Position numbers and translations under genes: made by a program. A DNA stretch of 64,000 bases, from assembly GCA_035501935.1 (NCBI GenBank), contig DATJVC010000025.1:8905-72904 (forward strand). The letters are read 5' to 3'. Origin of the DNA: Gammaproteobacteria bacterium. GTDB lineage: Bacteria; Pseudomonadota; Gammaproteobacteria; JAJPIJ01. The notes below the pieces were generated by a model. The model did not search any database, was not told where the DNA came from, and worked only from the letters and a program-made list of their open reading frames with translations. Below are positions 8,898 to 18,058 of this stretch, in pieces (positions within the stretch are counted from its first letter, which is position 1; each line of letters opens with the position of its first letter).

Positions 8898-9978
8898 TAA
8901 GCTGCTTGAGGACGGCCGCGTCGACATCGAGGGCTTGAGCGCGGCCAGCGCCGGCGCGATGAATGCCTCGGTGTACGCCTTTGGCAAGATGACCGGCGGC
9001 ACTGATGGCGCGCGCCAGGCCCTGCATGACTTCTGGTCCAGGATCAGCGCGGCGGGCAGTCTCTACAGCCCCGCCAAACGTATGCCCTGGGAATTCTGGA
9101 GCATGGGCGGAAACAGCGACAATTCGCTGGGATACTGGCTGTTCGACAGCGTCACCCGCATGTTTTCGCCGTATCAATTGAATCCATTTGACATCAATCC
9201 ACTCCGTGATGTGCTGACCGCCTCGGTAGATTTCGAAAAACTGGTGATGTGCCAATGCACCAACCTGTTCATCAGCGCGACCAACGTCCGCACCGGCAAG
9301 GTGCGTGTATTCAAGAATGAGGAAATGTCCCTGGACGTGGTGATGGCCTCCGCCTGCCTGCCCTATCTGTTCAAGGCCGTGGAGATCGGCGGCGAGCATT
9401 ATTGGGACGGCGGCTACATGGGCAACCCGGCCCTGTTCCCGCTTTTTTATCACACCGGATCCAAGGACGTGATCATCCTGCATCTCAATCCCATCCACCG
9501 CGCGGATATTCCGAAGACCTCGGTGGATATCGCCGATCGCATCAATGAGATCTCGTTCAATTCCTCATTGCTGAAGGAATTGCGCGCGGTCGCTTTTGTC
9601 AACAAGCTGATCGACGAAGACTGGGTCAAGGAGGAATACCGTGCACGACTGAAACACGTGCTGGTGCATTCCATACGGGCGGACATGGCGTTGAGTGACC
9701 TGAATGTATCCAGCAAATTCAACTGCGACTGGGATTTCCTGACCAGTCTGCGCGACAAGGGCCGCGAGACCGCGGCCGAATGGCTTGATAAAAATTATCA
9801 ACACCTCGGCAAACAATCCACTGTCGATCTCAGGGCCGAATACCTGGGCCTGCACTCCGGTGGAATCGTGGACGAGCACCATCAAAAGTCACAACCCAAT
9901 CCGACCAACGGCCGCAAGGCAAAGACACGGTCGGCGCCGGCATCGGAAATAAAACCAACGATCAGGGCCATTTCGTGA
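8818..9978 (+). CDS. Patatin-like phospholipase
   Basis: GGGAHGAFAWG oxyanion motif and GASAGA nucleophile elbow. SD AGGAGA. Confidence 0.8.
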   Translation: MATNPKMVNLALQGGGAHGAFAWGVLDKLLEDGRVDIEGLSAASAGAMNASVYAFGKMTGGTDGARQALHDFWSRISAAGSLYSPAKRMPWEFWSMGGNSDNSLGYWLFDSVTRMFSPYQLNPFDINPLRDVLTASVDFEKLVMCQCTNLFISATNVRTGKVRVFKNEEMSLDVVMASACLPYLFKAVEIGGEHYWDGGYMGNPALFPLFYHTGSKDVIILHLNPIHRADIPKTSVDIADRINEISFNSSLLKELRAVAFVNKLIDEDWVKEEYRARLKHVLVHSIRADMALSDLNVSSKFNCDWDFLTSLRDKGRETAAEWLDKNYQHLGKQSTVDLRAEYLGLHSGGIVDEHHQKSQPNPTNGRKAKTRSAPASEIKPTIRAIS

Positions 9979-10033
9979 GTACCCTGCAGAATTAAAAAAA
10001 TCACGAACCAACATTCAACCTGGAGCAATCATC

Positions 10034-10483
10034 ATGCGTAACCTCATTAGATCACTTCTGAGCCTCACCCAATCATTGGACTGGCTGGCGCCGCTCATGG
10101 TGCGGCTGTTTTTCGGTTATTTCTGGCTGGAAACCGGTTGGGCCAAGCTGCACAACCTTGACGCAGCCACCGCCCGCTTCGTCGACTGGGGGATTCCGTT
10201 CCCATCCTTCAACGCACCGTTCTCGGCCGGCGCGGAATTCGTCTTCGGCGGACTGCTTATGGTGGGTTTGCTCACGCGATTCTCCTCAATCGCGCTGCTC
10301 ATCAACATGGTCGTCGCCATTGCCCTGGTGGTCATCAAGAATGTCGGTAGCTTCGACGACTTCGTCGAGTTGGATGAATTCACTTACATCCTGATTTTCT
10401 TCTGGCTTGCGATGGCCGGTCCCGGCAAAGCCAGCCTCGATGCGATATTCGGCCCCCGCTTGGGACTGGTGCCAGCCCGGTAG
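10034..10483 (+). CDS. DoxX family membrane protein
   Basis: Four-TM DoxX pattern. SD GGAG. Confidence 0.75.
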   Translation: MRNLIRSLLSLTQSLDWLAPLMVRLFFGYFWLETGWAKLHNLDAATARFVDWGIPFPSFNAPFSAGAEFVFGGLLMVGLLTRFSSIALLINMVVAIALVVIKNVGSFDDFVELDEFTYILIFFWLAMAGPGKASLDAIFGPRLGLVPAR

Positions 10484-10650
10484 CACCACGGCCTGGGCAC
10501 TCTCGGCGGGCTCCTCTCCGAAATCGGAGGACTGACGGGGACGCTAGGGATTCTCAGCCTCCCGGATGAAGGCGGAGGAGTCGCCCAACCCCTTGAATGC
10601 AGCCGACCGGCCGAGAGCTGACCGACGGCTGGCTGATAACCTTAGGCCGC

Positions 10651-11097
10651 ATGGAAAAGACCTCGCGGAGTTTCGAAGTAGAAACCGCGGCATTTCCGGC
10701 CGTCGATTCCTATCTGGCCGATAGGATCTATGAATTCAATGTCGAGGCGACGCAACTCCCAGACGCCAAAGAGTTCGCCCTCGTAGTCAGAGACAAATCG
10801 CAGGAGGTCATTGCAGGAATAAGCGGGCACAGATGGGGCGGAACGTGCCACATCAATCATCTATGGGTCCATCAAGAACATAGAAAGAGTGGCCTCGGCA
10901 CCGCACTCATAAAAGAAGCGGAAGCAGAAGCGCGAAAGGCCAAATGCAGCCAGGTCCTGCTTTCGAGCCATAGCTTTCAAGCGCCCGGCTTCTATGAAAA
11001 GATGGGTTATCACTTGGTGGCGGTAATCACGGACTATCCCAACGGGCATTCGAATCAGCACTTCATGAAGATCCTTTATACCTCCGATGCCGCCTGA
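10651..11097 (+). CDS. GNAT family N-acetyltransferase. Start uncertain; the alternative is 10597.
   Basis: Acetyl-CoA binding motif VHQEHRKSGLGTALI. Confidence 0.6.
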   Translation: MEKTSRSFEVETAAFPAVDSYLADRIYEFNVEATQLPDAKEFALVVRDKSQEVIAGISGHRWGGTCHINHLWVHQEHRKSGLGTALIKEAEAEARKAKCSQVLLSSHSFQAPGFYEKMGYHLVAVITDYPNGHSNQHFMKILYTSDAA

Positions 11098-11109
11098 CGG
11101 CGCGTTAAA

Positions 11110-11946
11110 TCAGCCGATGTTTTCGAACCCCGGATAAAGGGTCATGCCGCCATCGACGTAGAGCGTGGTGCCGGTGACATAGTCGGCCTCATCGGAGACC
11201 AGCCATACCGCGGCCCTGGCGACATCAATGGTGGCGCCGAGACGGCCATAAGGAATCAGTTGCAGCAACTCCGCTTCCTTTTCCGGCGTGGGCAACGCGC
11301 CGCTGCCCGGCGTTTTGACTGCGCCCGGAGAAATGCTGTTGACACGGATCTTGTGTGGCGCCAGTTCCTGGGCCAACGTCTTCATCATCATTTGAACGCC
11401 ACCCTTGGAGGCGGCGAAGCACGCGTGGCCCGGCCATGGAATGACATCATGCACGGAGGATAAACATAGAATTTTGCCGGCCGAACGGGATAACTCCGGT
11501 ATCACGCCCTGCTTGATGTACTCGCGCGCTGCCATGCGTGCACATAGAAACTGACCGGTCAGGTTGACGCGCAGGATCTGATCCCAATCCTGCAGGGTCA
11601 TGTCCACCAGCGCGGCCTTCTTCTGCAATTCAGTGCCGTTCACGAGGATATCGATGCCGCCGTACGATTCCAGCACCTGACCGAACAGGGTCTGCAGCTG
11701 ATGCTCCTGGCTGACATCGGCCTGGACGGCGATGGCCTCGCCGCCGTCATCCTTGATTTTTTTGACCAGATATTGCGCTTCTTCCGGCCCGCGCTCGTAA
11801 TTGATCACCACTCGGGCGCCGGCAGCGGCCAGGGCTTCGGCGATGGCGGCACCGATGCCAAAGTTGGCGCCCGTCACCAAGGCTCGCTGGCCGACCAGCA
11901 CCCTAGATGGGGCCGATCCTGCCTTCATGCATACCGACAAATTCAT
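11110..11946 (-). CDS. SDR family oxidoreductase (glucose-1-dehydrogenase-like)
   Basis: TGANFGIG, NGT, S...Y..AASK motifs. SD GGGGAGA 6 nt before the ATG at 11946. Confidence 0.8.
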   Translation of the reverse strand: MNLSVCMKAGSAPSRVLVGQRALVTGANFGIGAAIAEALAAAGARVVINYERGPEEAQYLVKKIKDDGGEAIAVQADVSQEHQLQTLFGQVLESYGGIDILVNGTELQKKAALVDMTLQDWDQILRVNLTGQFLCARMAAREYIKQGVIPELSRSAGKILCLSSVHDVIPWPGHACFAASKGGVQMMMKTLAQELAPHKIRVNSISPGAVKTPGSGALPTPEKEAELLQLIPYGRLGATIDVARAAVWLVSDEADYVTGTTLYVDGGMTLYPGFENIG

Positions 11947-11947
11947 C

Positions 11948-12172
11948 TCACGTCTCCCCGGGCATGTAGCTTCCTGGGGCAACATTCAGGCGCCGGAAAG
12001 TGGTCACCCGATTGCCCTTCCACGCACTCAAAACGTCCTGTGATCGCTCTTTGGCCGTACCCTGAGGGGCCGTGGAGATGAGGAGGTTATATTTGTCGGC
12101 GCGAATGCGGCCGGTAAAAAGCGCCAGAGACTGGTTCCGTTGCATCGGAATAACTTGGTCTGCCGGTTTCAT
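11948..12172 (-). CDS. Hypothetical small protein (74 aa) with no family recognised. Its stop lies 1 nt before the SDR start.
   Basis: ATG with a weak AAGGG SD. Stop and the downstream start are back to back, so it is co-oriented and translationally coupled with the SDR gene. Confidence 0.35.
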   Translation of the reverse strand: MKPADQVIPMQRNQSLALFTGRIRADKYNLLISTAPQGTAKERSQDVLSAWKGNRVTTFRRLNVAPGSYMPGET

Positions 12173-12323
12173 GAGGTTCCCTTTCTTGGCTAGGAATAAT
12201 GGGTTGCTGCACCCGTCACCCTGATATTGCAGGCGGCATGCCAATAGGATTTACGTTAATTTAATCCATATATTTCATAAGGTTAATTGAAATCAAGCGG
12301 AAGTAAGCGGCTGTGGTCAGCCA

Positions 12324-12357
12324 CAGGATTTCGTGGAACCTCAGGATTTCGTGGAAC
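12324..12357 (+). repeat. Perfect 16-bp tandem direct repeat CAGGATTTCGTGGAAC x2 (period 18), with the adjacent palindrome CTGTGGtcagCCACAG at ~12311-12326
   Basis: Read directly from the sequence. Sits in the intergenic region between the sigma-54 activator stop and the small ORF. Confidence 0.6.
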
Positions 12358-12398
12358 GACGAACCTAAAGAAGCCCCGGATTTAGGGCCCTCTGAACC

Positions 12399-14291
12399 TC
12401 AACCGCCCGCACCCGGGCGCTTTATTGCCAGCTTTTGCATGCGATACCGCAGCGTACTCGGCTCCAGCCCCAGTATGGTCGCCGCGCCACGCTTGCCTTC
12501 AATGACCCAGTCCGATTGCTGCAGGATCTGGCGTATGTGGGCCTCCTCAATCTGCTCCAGCGTGCGCATATCCGTTGCTGTGGCAACTGCCGTCGTGCCT
12601 GCCGGCGGCGTCAGGGATTCCTGTATGACCAGCCGTTCACCCGCACCCAGGATCGCCGCGCGCTCGATGATGTTCTGCAGCTCACGGATGTTGCCGGGCC
12701 AGTGATACCGCCGCAGGCGGTTCAGGGATTCCGCATCCACGCCCTTGAAGGATTTGCCAAGCTTGCGCGTGCATTTCTCCAGGAAATGACCGGCCAGCAG
12801 GGCGATGTCCTCCACCCGCTCGCGCAGCGGCGGCAGTTGCAGGGGAAATACGTTGAGACGGTAATACAGGTCGGAGCGGAAGGTGCCGGCCTCCACCATG
12901 TCGGCCAGGTTGCGGTTGGTGGCGGCGATGATGCGCACGTCCACCCGGATGGTGCGGGTGCCACCCACCCGTTCGAATTCCTGTTCCTGCAAGACGCGCA
13001 GCAGCTTGGCCTGGGCCGGCGCCGATAATTCCCCCACTTCGTCCAGAAACAGGGTGCCACCGTCGGCCACTTCAAAACGCCCCTTGCGCTGCGCCGTGGC
13101 CCCGGTAAACGCCCCCTTCTCGTGCCCGAAGAGCTCGCTTTCAATCAATTCGGAGGGCAGCGCCGCGCAGTTCATTTTGACGAAGAGTTTGTCCTTGCGG
13201 CTGCTGAGATTGTGCAGGGCATGGGCGATGAGTTCCTTGCCGGTGCCGGTCTCGCCGTTGATCAAAACGGTGGCGTCCACCTGCGCCACGTTGCGCACGG
13301 CGGCAAACAGTTCCTTCATGGCAGGCGCCTCCCCCACCATGTCCTCGAATTTGTGCTCGCCGTGGATCTCGGACTGCAAATAGATGTTCTGTTGCTGCAG
13401 GCGGCTGAGTTCGGCCTGCGTCTTCATGCGCTCGTTGACGTCGCGCAGGATGATGGTGTACAGCGGCTGGCCGCCGGCTTCGAGCGGCGAAATGCTGGCC
13501 TCGATGGGAAATTCCTCGCGATTGGCCCGCACCGCCGTGAGACCAGCCGGCGTCCACAGCTGCTGACGCACCTTTTCGTCCCGGAAATAATCCTCCAGCA
13601 AACCGCGGAAGGGCCTGGACAGAAACCGGTCAAACGGCTGCCCCAGCGCCCAGCCCGCGGAACACGTAAATATGCGCTCGGCCGCCTGATTGAACAATAC
13701 AATCCGACGGTCATGATCGATGGCAATAATGGCGTCCATCGCCGAGGCCAGGATGCGCGAAAGCTTTTCCTCGCTCTGTTTCAGGGCATCTTCGAAACGC
13801 TTGCGTTGCAATTCGGCGCATGCTCGCGCGCCGAAAATCTTGAACATGTCGATGTCGCGCGGTTCGGCCTTCATGGGCTTGTCGTCGAATATGGCGAGAT
13901 GGCCCATCACCTCCCTGGCGCTGCTGAGCAGGGGGATGGCAAGAAAGCTGCGAAGTTTCATCTCCTCCAGTGCCTGATCCCGGGGGAACAATTTGCCGAC
14001 CTGATCCGGGAAGCAGTGTATTTCGCCGTCAAGGACGGCCTCACAGGGTGTCCCGGCAAGCGCGTACTGGCCGGGATTGTGGGAATTCTCACCATCCCAC
14101 CAGGCAAGAATACGCGCAACAGTGCCGCTCTCGATGAATTCAGCCACAAAGGCGATGCGGACATTGAGCGCTTGCGATACCGAGCGCACCAATTCACGCA
14201 GGAATTCCTCGCCGGTGGTATGCGCCGTGGTCTCGGCGATCAGACGCAAAATACCCGCCGTGTCGTTGTAATGATTGACAGCCTCGTTCAC
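12399..14291 (-). CDS. Sigma-54-dependent transcriptional activator, AcoR-like (GAF-PAS-AAA+-Fis HTH)
   Basis: GAFTGA loop, Walker A GETGTGKE, ESELFGHEKGAFTGA, and a C-terminal Fis-type HTH. N-terminal GAF plus PAS domains. Confidence 0.85.
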   Translation of the reverse strand: MNEAVNHYNDTAGILRLIAETTAHTTGEEFLRELVRSVSQALNVRIAFVAEFIESGTVARILAWWDGENSHNPGQYALAGTPCEAVLDGEIHCFPDQVGKLFPRDQALEEMKLRSFLAIPLLSSAREVMGHLAIFDDKPMKAEPRDIDMFKIFGARACAELQRKRFEDALKQSEEKLSRILASAMDAIIAIDHDRRIVLFNQAAERIFTCSAGWALGQPFDRFLSRPFRGLLEDYFRDEKVRQQLWTPAGLTAVRANREEFPIEASISPLEAGGQPLYTIILRDVNERMKTQAELSRLQQQNIYLQSEIHGEHKFEDMVGEAPAMKELFAAVRNVAQVDATVLINGETGTGKELIAHALHNLSSRKDKLFVKMNCAALPSELIESELFGHEKGAFTGATAQRKGRFEVADGGTLFLDEVGELSAPAQAKLLRVLQEQEFERVGGTRTIRVDVRIIAATNRNLADMVEAGTFRSDLYYRLNVFPLQLPPLRERVEDIALLAGHFLEKCTRKLGKSFKGVDAESLNRLRRYHWPGNIRELQNIIERAAILGAGERLVIQESLTPPAGTTAVATATDMRTLEQIEEAHIRQILQQSDWVIEGKRGAATILGLEPSTLRYRMQKLAIKRPGAGG

Positions 14292-14317
14292 GCCGCCCCC
14301 CGTGATCCTTGACTGAC

Positions 14318-15148
14318 CTACTTGACGGGCAGTTTGCCGGCAAGCTGATCGATGGCGATTTCCAAATTATCCACCTTTTTCAGCAATTCGGTAATCTCCA
14401 GTTCCGCCTTGAGATTGACCTTGTAATCAAGTTCGCTGCGGATACGGTCCTTGGCGTCCGTGCGGTTCTGACTCATCATGATCACGGGCGCCTGTATCGC
14501 CGCCAGCATTGAGAGAAAAAGATTGAGCAGAATATAAGGATAAGGATCAAAGGCCTTCTGCTCCAGAAGAAATGAATTAATCAATGTCCAGACAAACAGA
14601 AATGCCGCGAACAGTCCGATAAACGTCCAACTGCCGCCGAATTGCGCCACCCTGTCGGCGATGCGATTGCCAAAAGTCTCCTTTTCCTCGATGACCTCAT
14701 TTGGATTGGGCGTGGTCCAGCGCCTGAGGAAATCGCCGGTTCGCCGGAAACGCCGCACCATCCCTTTGATGACGTCCTGGGCCATGTGCGGCCGCCGCAT
14801 CAGGAGTTCAAGGATCTGATCATGCCCCAGGGTGAATGCCTTGGTCGGCTCCGTGCTCGTAACAGTCGCTGAACGCGGGCCCCCGTCAAAAAGCGACATT
14901 TCACCGAAATAATCCCCGGGGCCCATGATGTCGATGGTGATTTTGTCCCCGTTTTCGTTGAGCAGGCTGACGGCCACCTGCCCGCTGTCTATGACATAAA
15001 GCCTGTCGCCCGTCTGACCCTCCCGGAAAATTGTCTGCCCCGCCCGGAATGATTCCTCGGTGAATATGCCGGCCAGCGCGGCCAATTCATCGTCGTCCAT
15101 GGTGGCAAATAATGGAATGCTCTTCAGTAATTCAATATTGATTGACAT
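14318..15148 (-). CDS. Cyclic-nucleotide-binding (CAP effector) domain fused to a DUF1003 membrane domain
   Basis: cNMP-binding motifs FGEMSLF...RSATV in the N-terminal half. C-terminal two-TM plus coiled-coil region typical of DUF1003. G-rich SD. Confidence 0.6.
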   Translation of the reverse strand: MSINIELLKSIPLFATMDDDELAALAGIFTEESFRAGQTIFREGQTGDRLYVIDSGQVAVSLLNENGDKITIDIMGPGDYFGEMSLFDGGPRSATVTSTEPTKAFTLGHDQILELLMRRPHMAQDVIKGMVRRFRRTGDFLRRWTTPNPNEVIEEKETFGNRIADRVAQFGGSWTFIGLFAAFLFVWTLINSFLLEQKAFDPYPYILLNLFLSMLAAIQAPVIMMSQNRTDAKDRIRSELDYKVNLKAELEITELLKKVDNLEIAIDQLAGKLPVK

Positions 15149-15277
15149 ACCCCCCCCTCGAAAAGATTAATTGCGATTATGCCCGTACACAAAAAATACA
15201 AATAATGTATCCGGGCTGAGATCGGAACAACTCCAGCGTATAGACGGCAAACGATTACCGGAGTTGCAGCGAGGACA

Positions 15278-16300
15278 TTAATCGCCGCTGGAGCCGTATT
15301 TCTCGAGATATTGCTGGGACAAACGCTGGGCTTCCGCCAGCTGGTCGGGCGGCAGCTGTTTGGCCAGGGCGTCGCGCTTCTCGCGGGCGACGTTCATGCC
15401 GCCGGCCACGCTGGCGTCAAACCAGGCATAGGCCTGCATGGGATCCTTGCCGACGCCAACCCCCTCCAGATACAAAAGGGCAAGATTGTATTGTGCGGCG
15501 TTGAATCCCTGCTCGGCGGCGCGGCGTATCCATTCCGATCCCTCCGCGGGATCTGCGGCAACACCGCGTCCAGCCACGTAGAGCATGCCGAGATTGAGTT
15601 GCGCGCGCCTGACGCCCTGCGCCGCGGATTTCTTGAGCCATTCGAAGGCCATGACGTCATCCTGCTTCAACTCACGGCCTTCCATGTAGTACACACCGAC
15701 GGTGTACTGGGCGTCGGCGTTGCCCTGATCGGCGGCGCGCAAAAACCAGGTGTTCGCCTCCACGGAGTCGGCCTTCACCCCGAGCCCTTTGGCATAAAGA
15801 ATCCCGAGATTGTACTGGGCGCTGCTCAGGTTCTGTGCCGCGGCCCTGGCAAACCACTCACGCGACTGCGGGTAGTCCTGCGCCACGCCTTCTCCGGTGA
15901 AATAGCGCACGCCGAGTTGAAACTGGGCCTCGCGATCGCCTTGCATGGCGGCTTTTTCAAACCACCGAACCGCCTCGTGTGCGCTTTTATCCACGCCATT
16001 GCCGCGCAGATAAGCCATGCCGAGATTATATTGGGCGCCTGCCAGTCCATGGTCCGCCGCAAGCTTGAACCAGCGCGCGGCCTGACCATAGTCCTTCTCC
16101 ACCCCCAAGCCCTGGTAGTGCATGACGCCAAGATTATTCTCGGCCACATGGTCACCTTGCGCGGCGGCCTCACGGAATTCCCGGAGTGCGGCGGCGTAGT
16201 CCTTGTTCGCCAGCGCCGCCCTGGCGGCGGTGACATCCGCGACCGCCAGCGCCGGCATCAACCAGAGCAGCGCCAATGCCATGCGTCGCGATTTATTCAC
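15278..16300 (-). CDS. Sel1-repeat (TPR-like) periplasmic protein
   Basis: Signal peptide plus eight or more Sel1 repeats (AQYNLGxxYxxGxGVxxD). Confidence 0.75.
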   Translation of the reverse strand: MNKSRRMALALLWLMPALAVADVTAARAALANKDYAAALREFREAAAQGDHVAENNLGVMHYQGLGVEKDYGQAARWFKLAADHGLAGAQYNLGMAYLRGNGVDKSAHEAVRWFEKAAMQGDREAQFQLGVRYFTGEGVAQDYPQSREWFARAAAQNLSSAQYNLGILYAKGLGVKADSVEANTWFLRAADQGNADAQYTVGVYYMEGRELKQDDVMAFEWLKKSAAQGVRRAQLNLGMLYVAGRGVAADPAEGSEWIRRAAEQGFNAAQYNLALLYLEGVGVGKDPMQAYAWFDASVAGGMNVAREKRDALAKQLPPDQLAEAQRLSQQYLEKYGSSGD

Positions 16301-16401
16301 GGCTCTTGAGGGAATTCAGGATAAATCACCCGCCGGACCACGGCCATTTGGGGGTTCTGCTTGCTGCCGGGCGAAAATCCGCTGCCTGCGGCAGAACAGC
16401 T

Positions 16402-16965
16402 TTACCAGCGGTAGCCGAAGCGAACCAGCTGGAAATTGATGCCGTTGTTGGGGTTACCAAGACCGGCGTTGGAGAGATGCTGATAGCGGTAATTGATCTC
16501 GTACTGGCCCCGATCGCCGAAGCGGATGCCGCCGCCCAGGGAATCGCCGAAGGAATAGTTGATGCCGAACCCGGCGCTGCCCAAGGCCGTCTCGCTGAAC
16601 AGGTGGGCGCCGATGGCGCCCTCAAGGAACGGCCGCATACCGAGCCAGCTGTCGTCGGTTTGTATGCGGAATACCGGCGTGATACCGAAATCAACGAGGG
16701 AAGTGTTGCCGCTTTTGCCGCCGTGGCGGGCGTCCCAGTAGCTTGCACTCAATTCCCACTGGCCGCCCAGATACCAGTCGTGAAACGGCAGCCATTTCAC
16801 GCCCCAATCCCACACCAGCGCACCACCGCCCCGCCAGGCATCACGGTTGGGATTGTCCTCGTCCGTATATCCGCCCTCGATGGCGAAGCCGTCGACCGCG
16901 TGCGCGCTCATGGGCGCCAGCAGGACCAGCAGCGCAGCAAGCAGGCTGCGAATACTCCACTTCAC
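16402..16965 (-). CDS. pagL: Lipid A 3-O-deacylase PagL-like outer-membrane protein
   Basis: Signal peptide. HLSNAG (His-x-Ser-Asn) catalytic motif near the C-terminus. Terminal aromatic residues RFGYRW. Confidence 0.5.
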   Translation of the reverse strand: MKWSIRSLLAALLVLLAPMSAHAVDGFAIEGGYTDEDNPNRDAWRGGGALVWDWGVKWLPFHDWYLGGQWELSASYWDARHGGKSGNTSLVDFGITPVFRIQTDDSWLGMRPFLEGAIGAHLFSETALGSAGFGINYSFGDSLGGGIRFGDRGQYEINYRYQHLSNAGLGNPNNGINFQLVRFGYRW

Positions 16966-17258
16966 AATGACCCCCTCGTATATCGTCCCTTTCCCCGGGG
17001 ACGTTATTGATTATTGGCTGCACAAACTACAAGAAAACGGGAACGCCGTAAAGCGACGGCCACTCTCAGGCCTGTGACCCGCCTCGGGCATTCCGTTTTT
17101 AAGAATTCATGGTAGCATTGCGCGTGTTTTTTCGGCCCGCTTTCACGCGGGGCGGGTCAAAGCGAAAAAAATCAGGTGAAACGTGCCACCCAGGGGATGA
17201 CAGGGGCCCCGCGAGAGATGGCCATCGGGGAATATCCAGCCCCTGGAGGAACCGCATC

Positions 17259-17588
17259 ATGATGAAAAAGCATTGGCTCATGCTGACAGGCTTGGGCATG
17301 GGTTGTATTGGCATGAACGCGGCGCCGGCCGCTGGTGACGCGGCGGCGGGCAAGCTTAAGGCCGAAACCTGCATGGGCTGTCATGCCGTGGCCACCTACA
17401 AGAACGTCTACCCCACCTACAACGTGCCCAAACTTGGGGGGCAGCACCCGGAATACATCGTTTCCGCGCTCAAGGCCTACAAGTCAGGGGACCGCGCCCA
17501 CCAGACCATGCATGCCAACGCCTCCAATTTAAGCGATCAGGACATGCAGGATATCGCCGCTTTCTTCGCCGCGCAGGGCGGCAAGTAG
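17259..17588 (+). CDS. Monoheme class I cytochrome c (c4/c553-like half)
   Basis: Signal peptide, a single CMGCH heme motif, a distal Met. SD GGAGGA. Confidence 0.75.
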   Translation: MMKKHWLMLTGLGMGCIGMNAAPAAGDAAAGKLKAETCMGCHAVATYKNVYPTYNVPKLGGQHPEYIVSALKAYKSGDRAHQTMHANASNLSDQDMQDIAAFFAAQGGK

Positions 17589-17623
17589 GCATTGGCCCCA
17601 CAGAATCCATGGAGAGAGTACAC

Positions 17624-17959
17624 ATGAAAACGTTGTTAATGATCACGAGCGCCATGATGCTGTGCCTGCTGTCATTGACTGCCCGGGCGGAGGGCGATTA
17701 CGCGGCGGGGCAGCAGAAGGCCAAGGAAATCTGTGCCGCCTGCCACAACGCCGACGGCAACAGCACCAACGCGATGTATCCCAAGCTGGCCGGCCAGTGG
17801 GAAAGCTACATCGTTCAGGCCCTGAAGGAATACAAGTCGGGCGAGCGCAAAAATCCGATCATGGGCCCGATGGCCGCCCCGCTCACGGAACAGGAAGTCG
17901 AGAACGCCGCCGTGTATTTCTCGCAGCAAAAACCCGCGGTGTTCGTCCTCCAGCGTTGA
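17624..17959 (+). CDS. Monoheme class I cytochrome c (second c4-like half)
   Basis: Signal peptide, CAACH motif, paralogous to the upstream gene. SD GGAGAG. Confidence 0.75.
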   Translation: MKTLLMITSAMMLCLLSLTARAEGDYAAGQQKAKEICAACHNADGNSTNAMYPKLAGQWESYIVQALKEYKSGERKNPIMGPMAAPLTEQEVENAAVYFSQQKPAVFVLQR

Positions 17960-17994
17960 ACCGAAGCAGTTTGATCCAGAAGCAACACCGATAC

Positions 17995-18022
17995 GGCCCG
18001 GATTTCCGGGCCGTCGTTTTTT
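17995..18022 (+). terminator. Rho-independent terminator after the cytochrome c pair
   Basis: cggcccgga/tccgggccg stem followed by TCGTTTTTTG. Confidence 0.6.
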
Positions 18023-18058
18023 GCATCACACTTTCTTATCGCCCATGATTAAGCAATC

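Noticed and set aside
7527-9978. CBASS-like defense module (oxidoreductase plus patatin effector)
   Set aside because: No CD-NTase/cyclase, E1/E2 or sensor gene is present. The context (bdhA, adc) is metabolic.
12313-12705. 130-aa plus-strand ORF starting at the 16-bp tandem repeat
   Set aside because: Its N-terminus is produced by the DNA repeat itself (HRISWNLRISWN), and the rest is antisense to the activator gene.
12435-14312. Long antisense ORFs (12435-13028, 12883-13383, 13122-14312, 13141-13557) inside the sigma-54 activator gene
   Set aside because: High GC content generates long stop-free antisense frames. They have no motifs, no RBS, and completely overlap a strongly supported gene.
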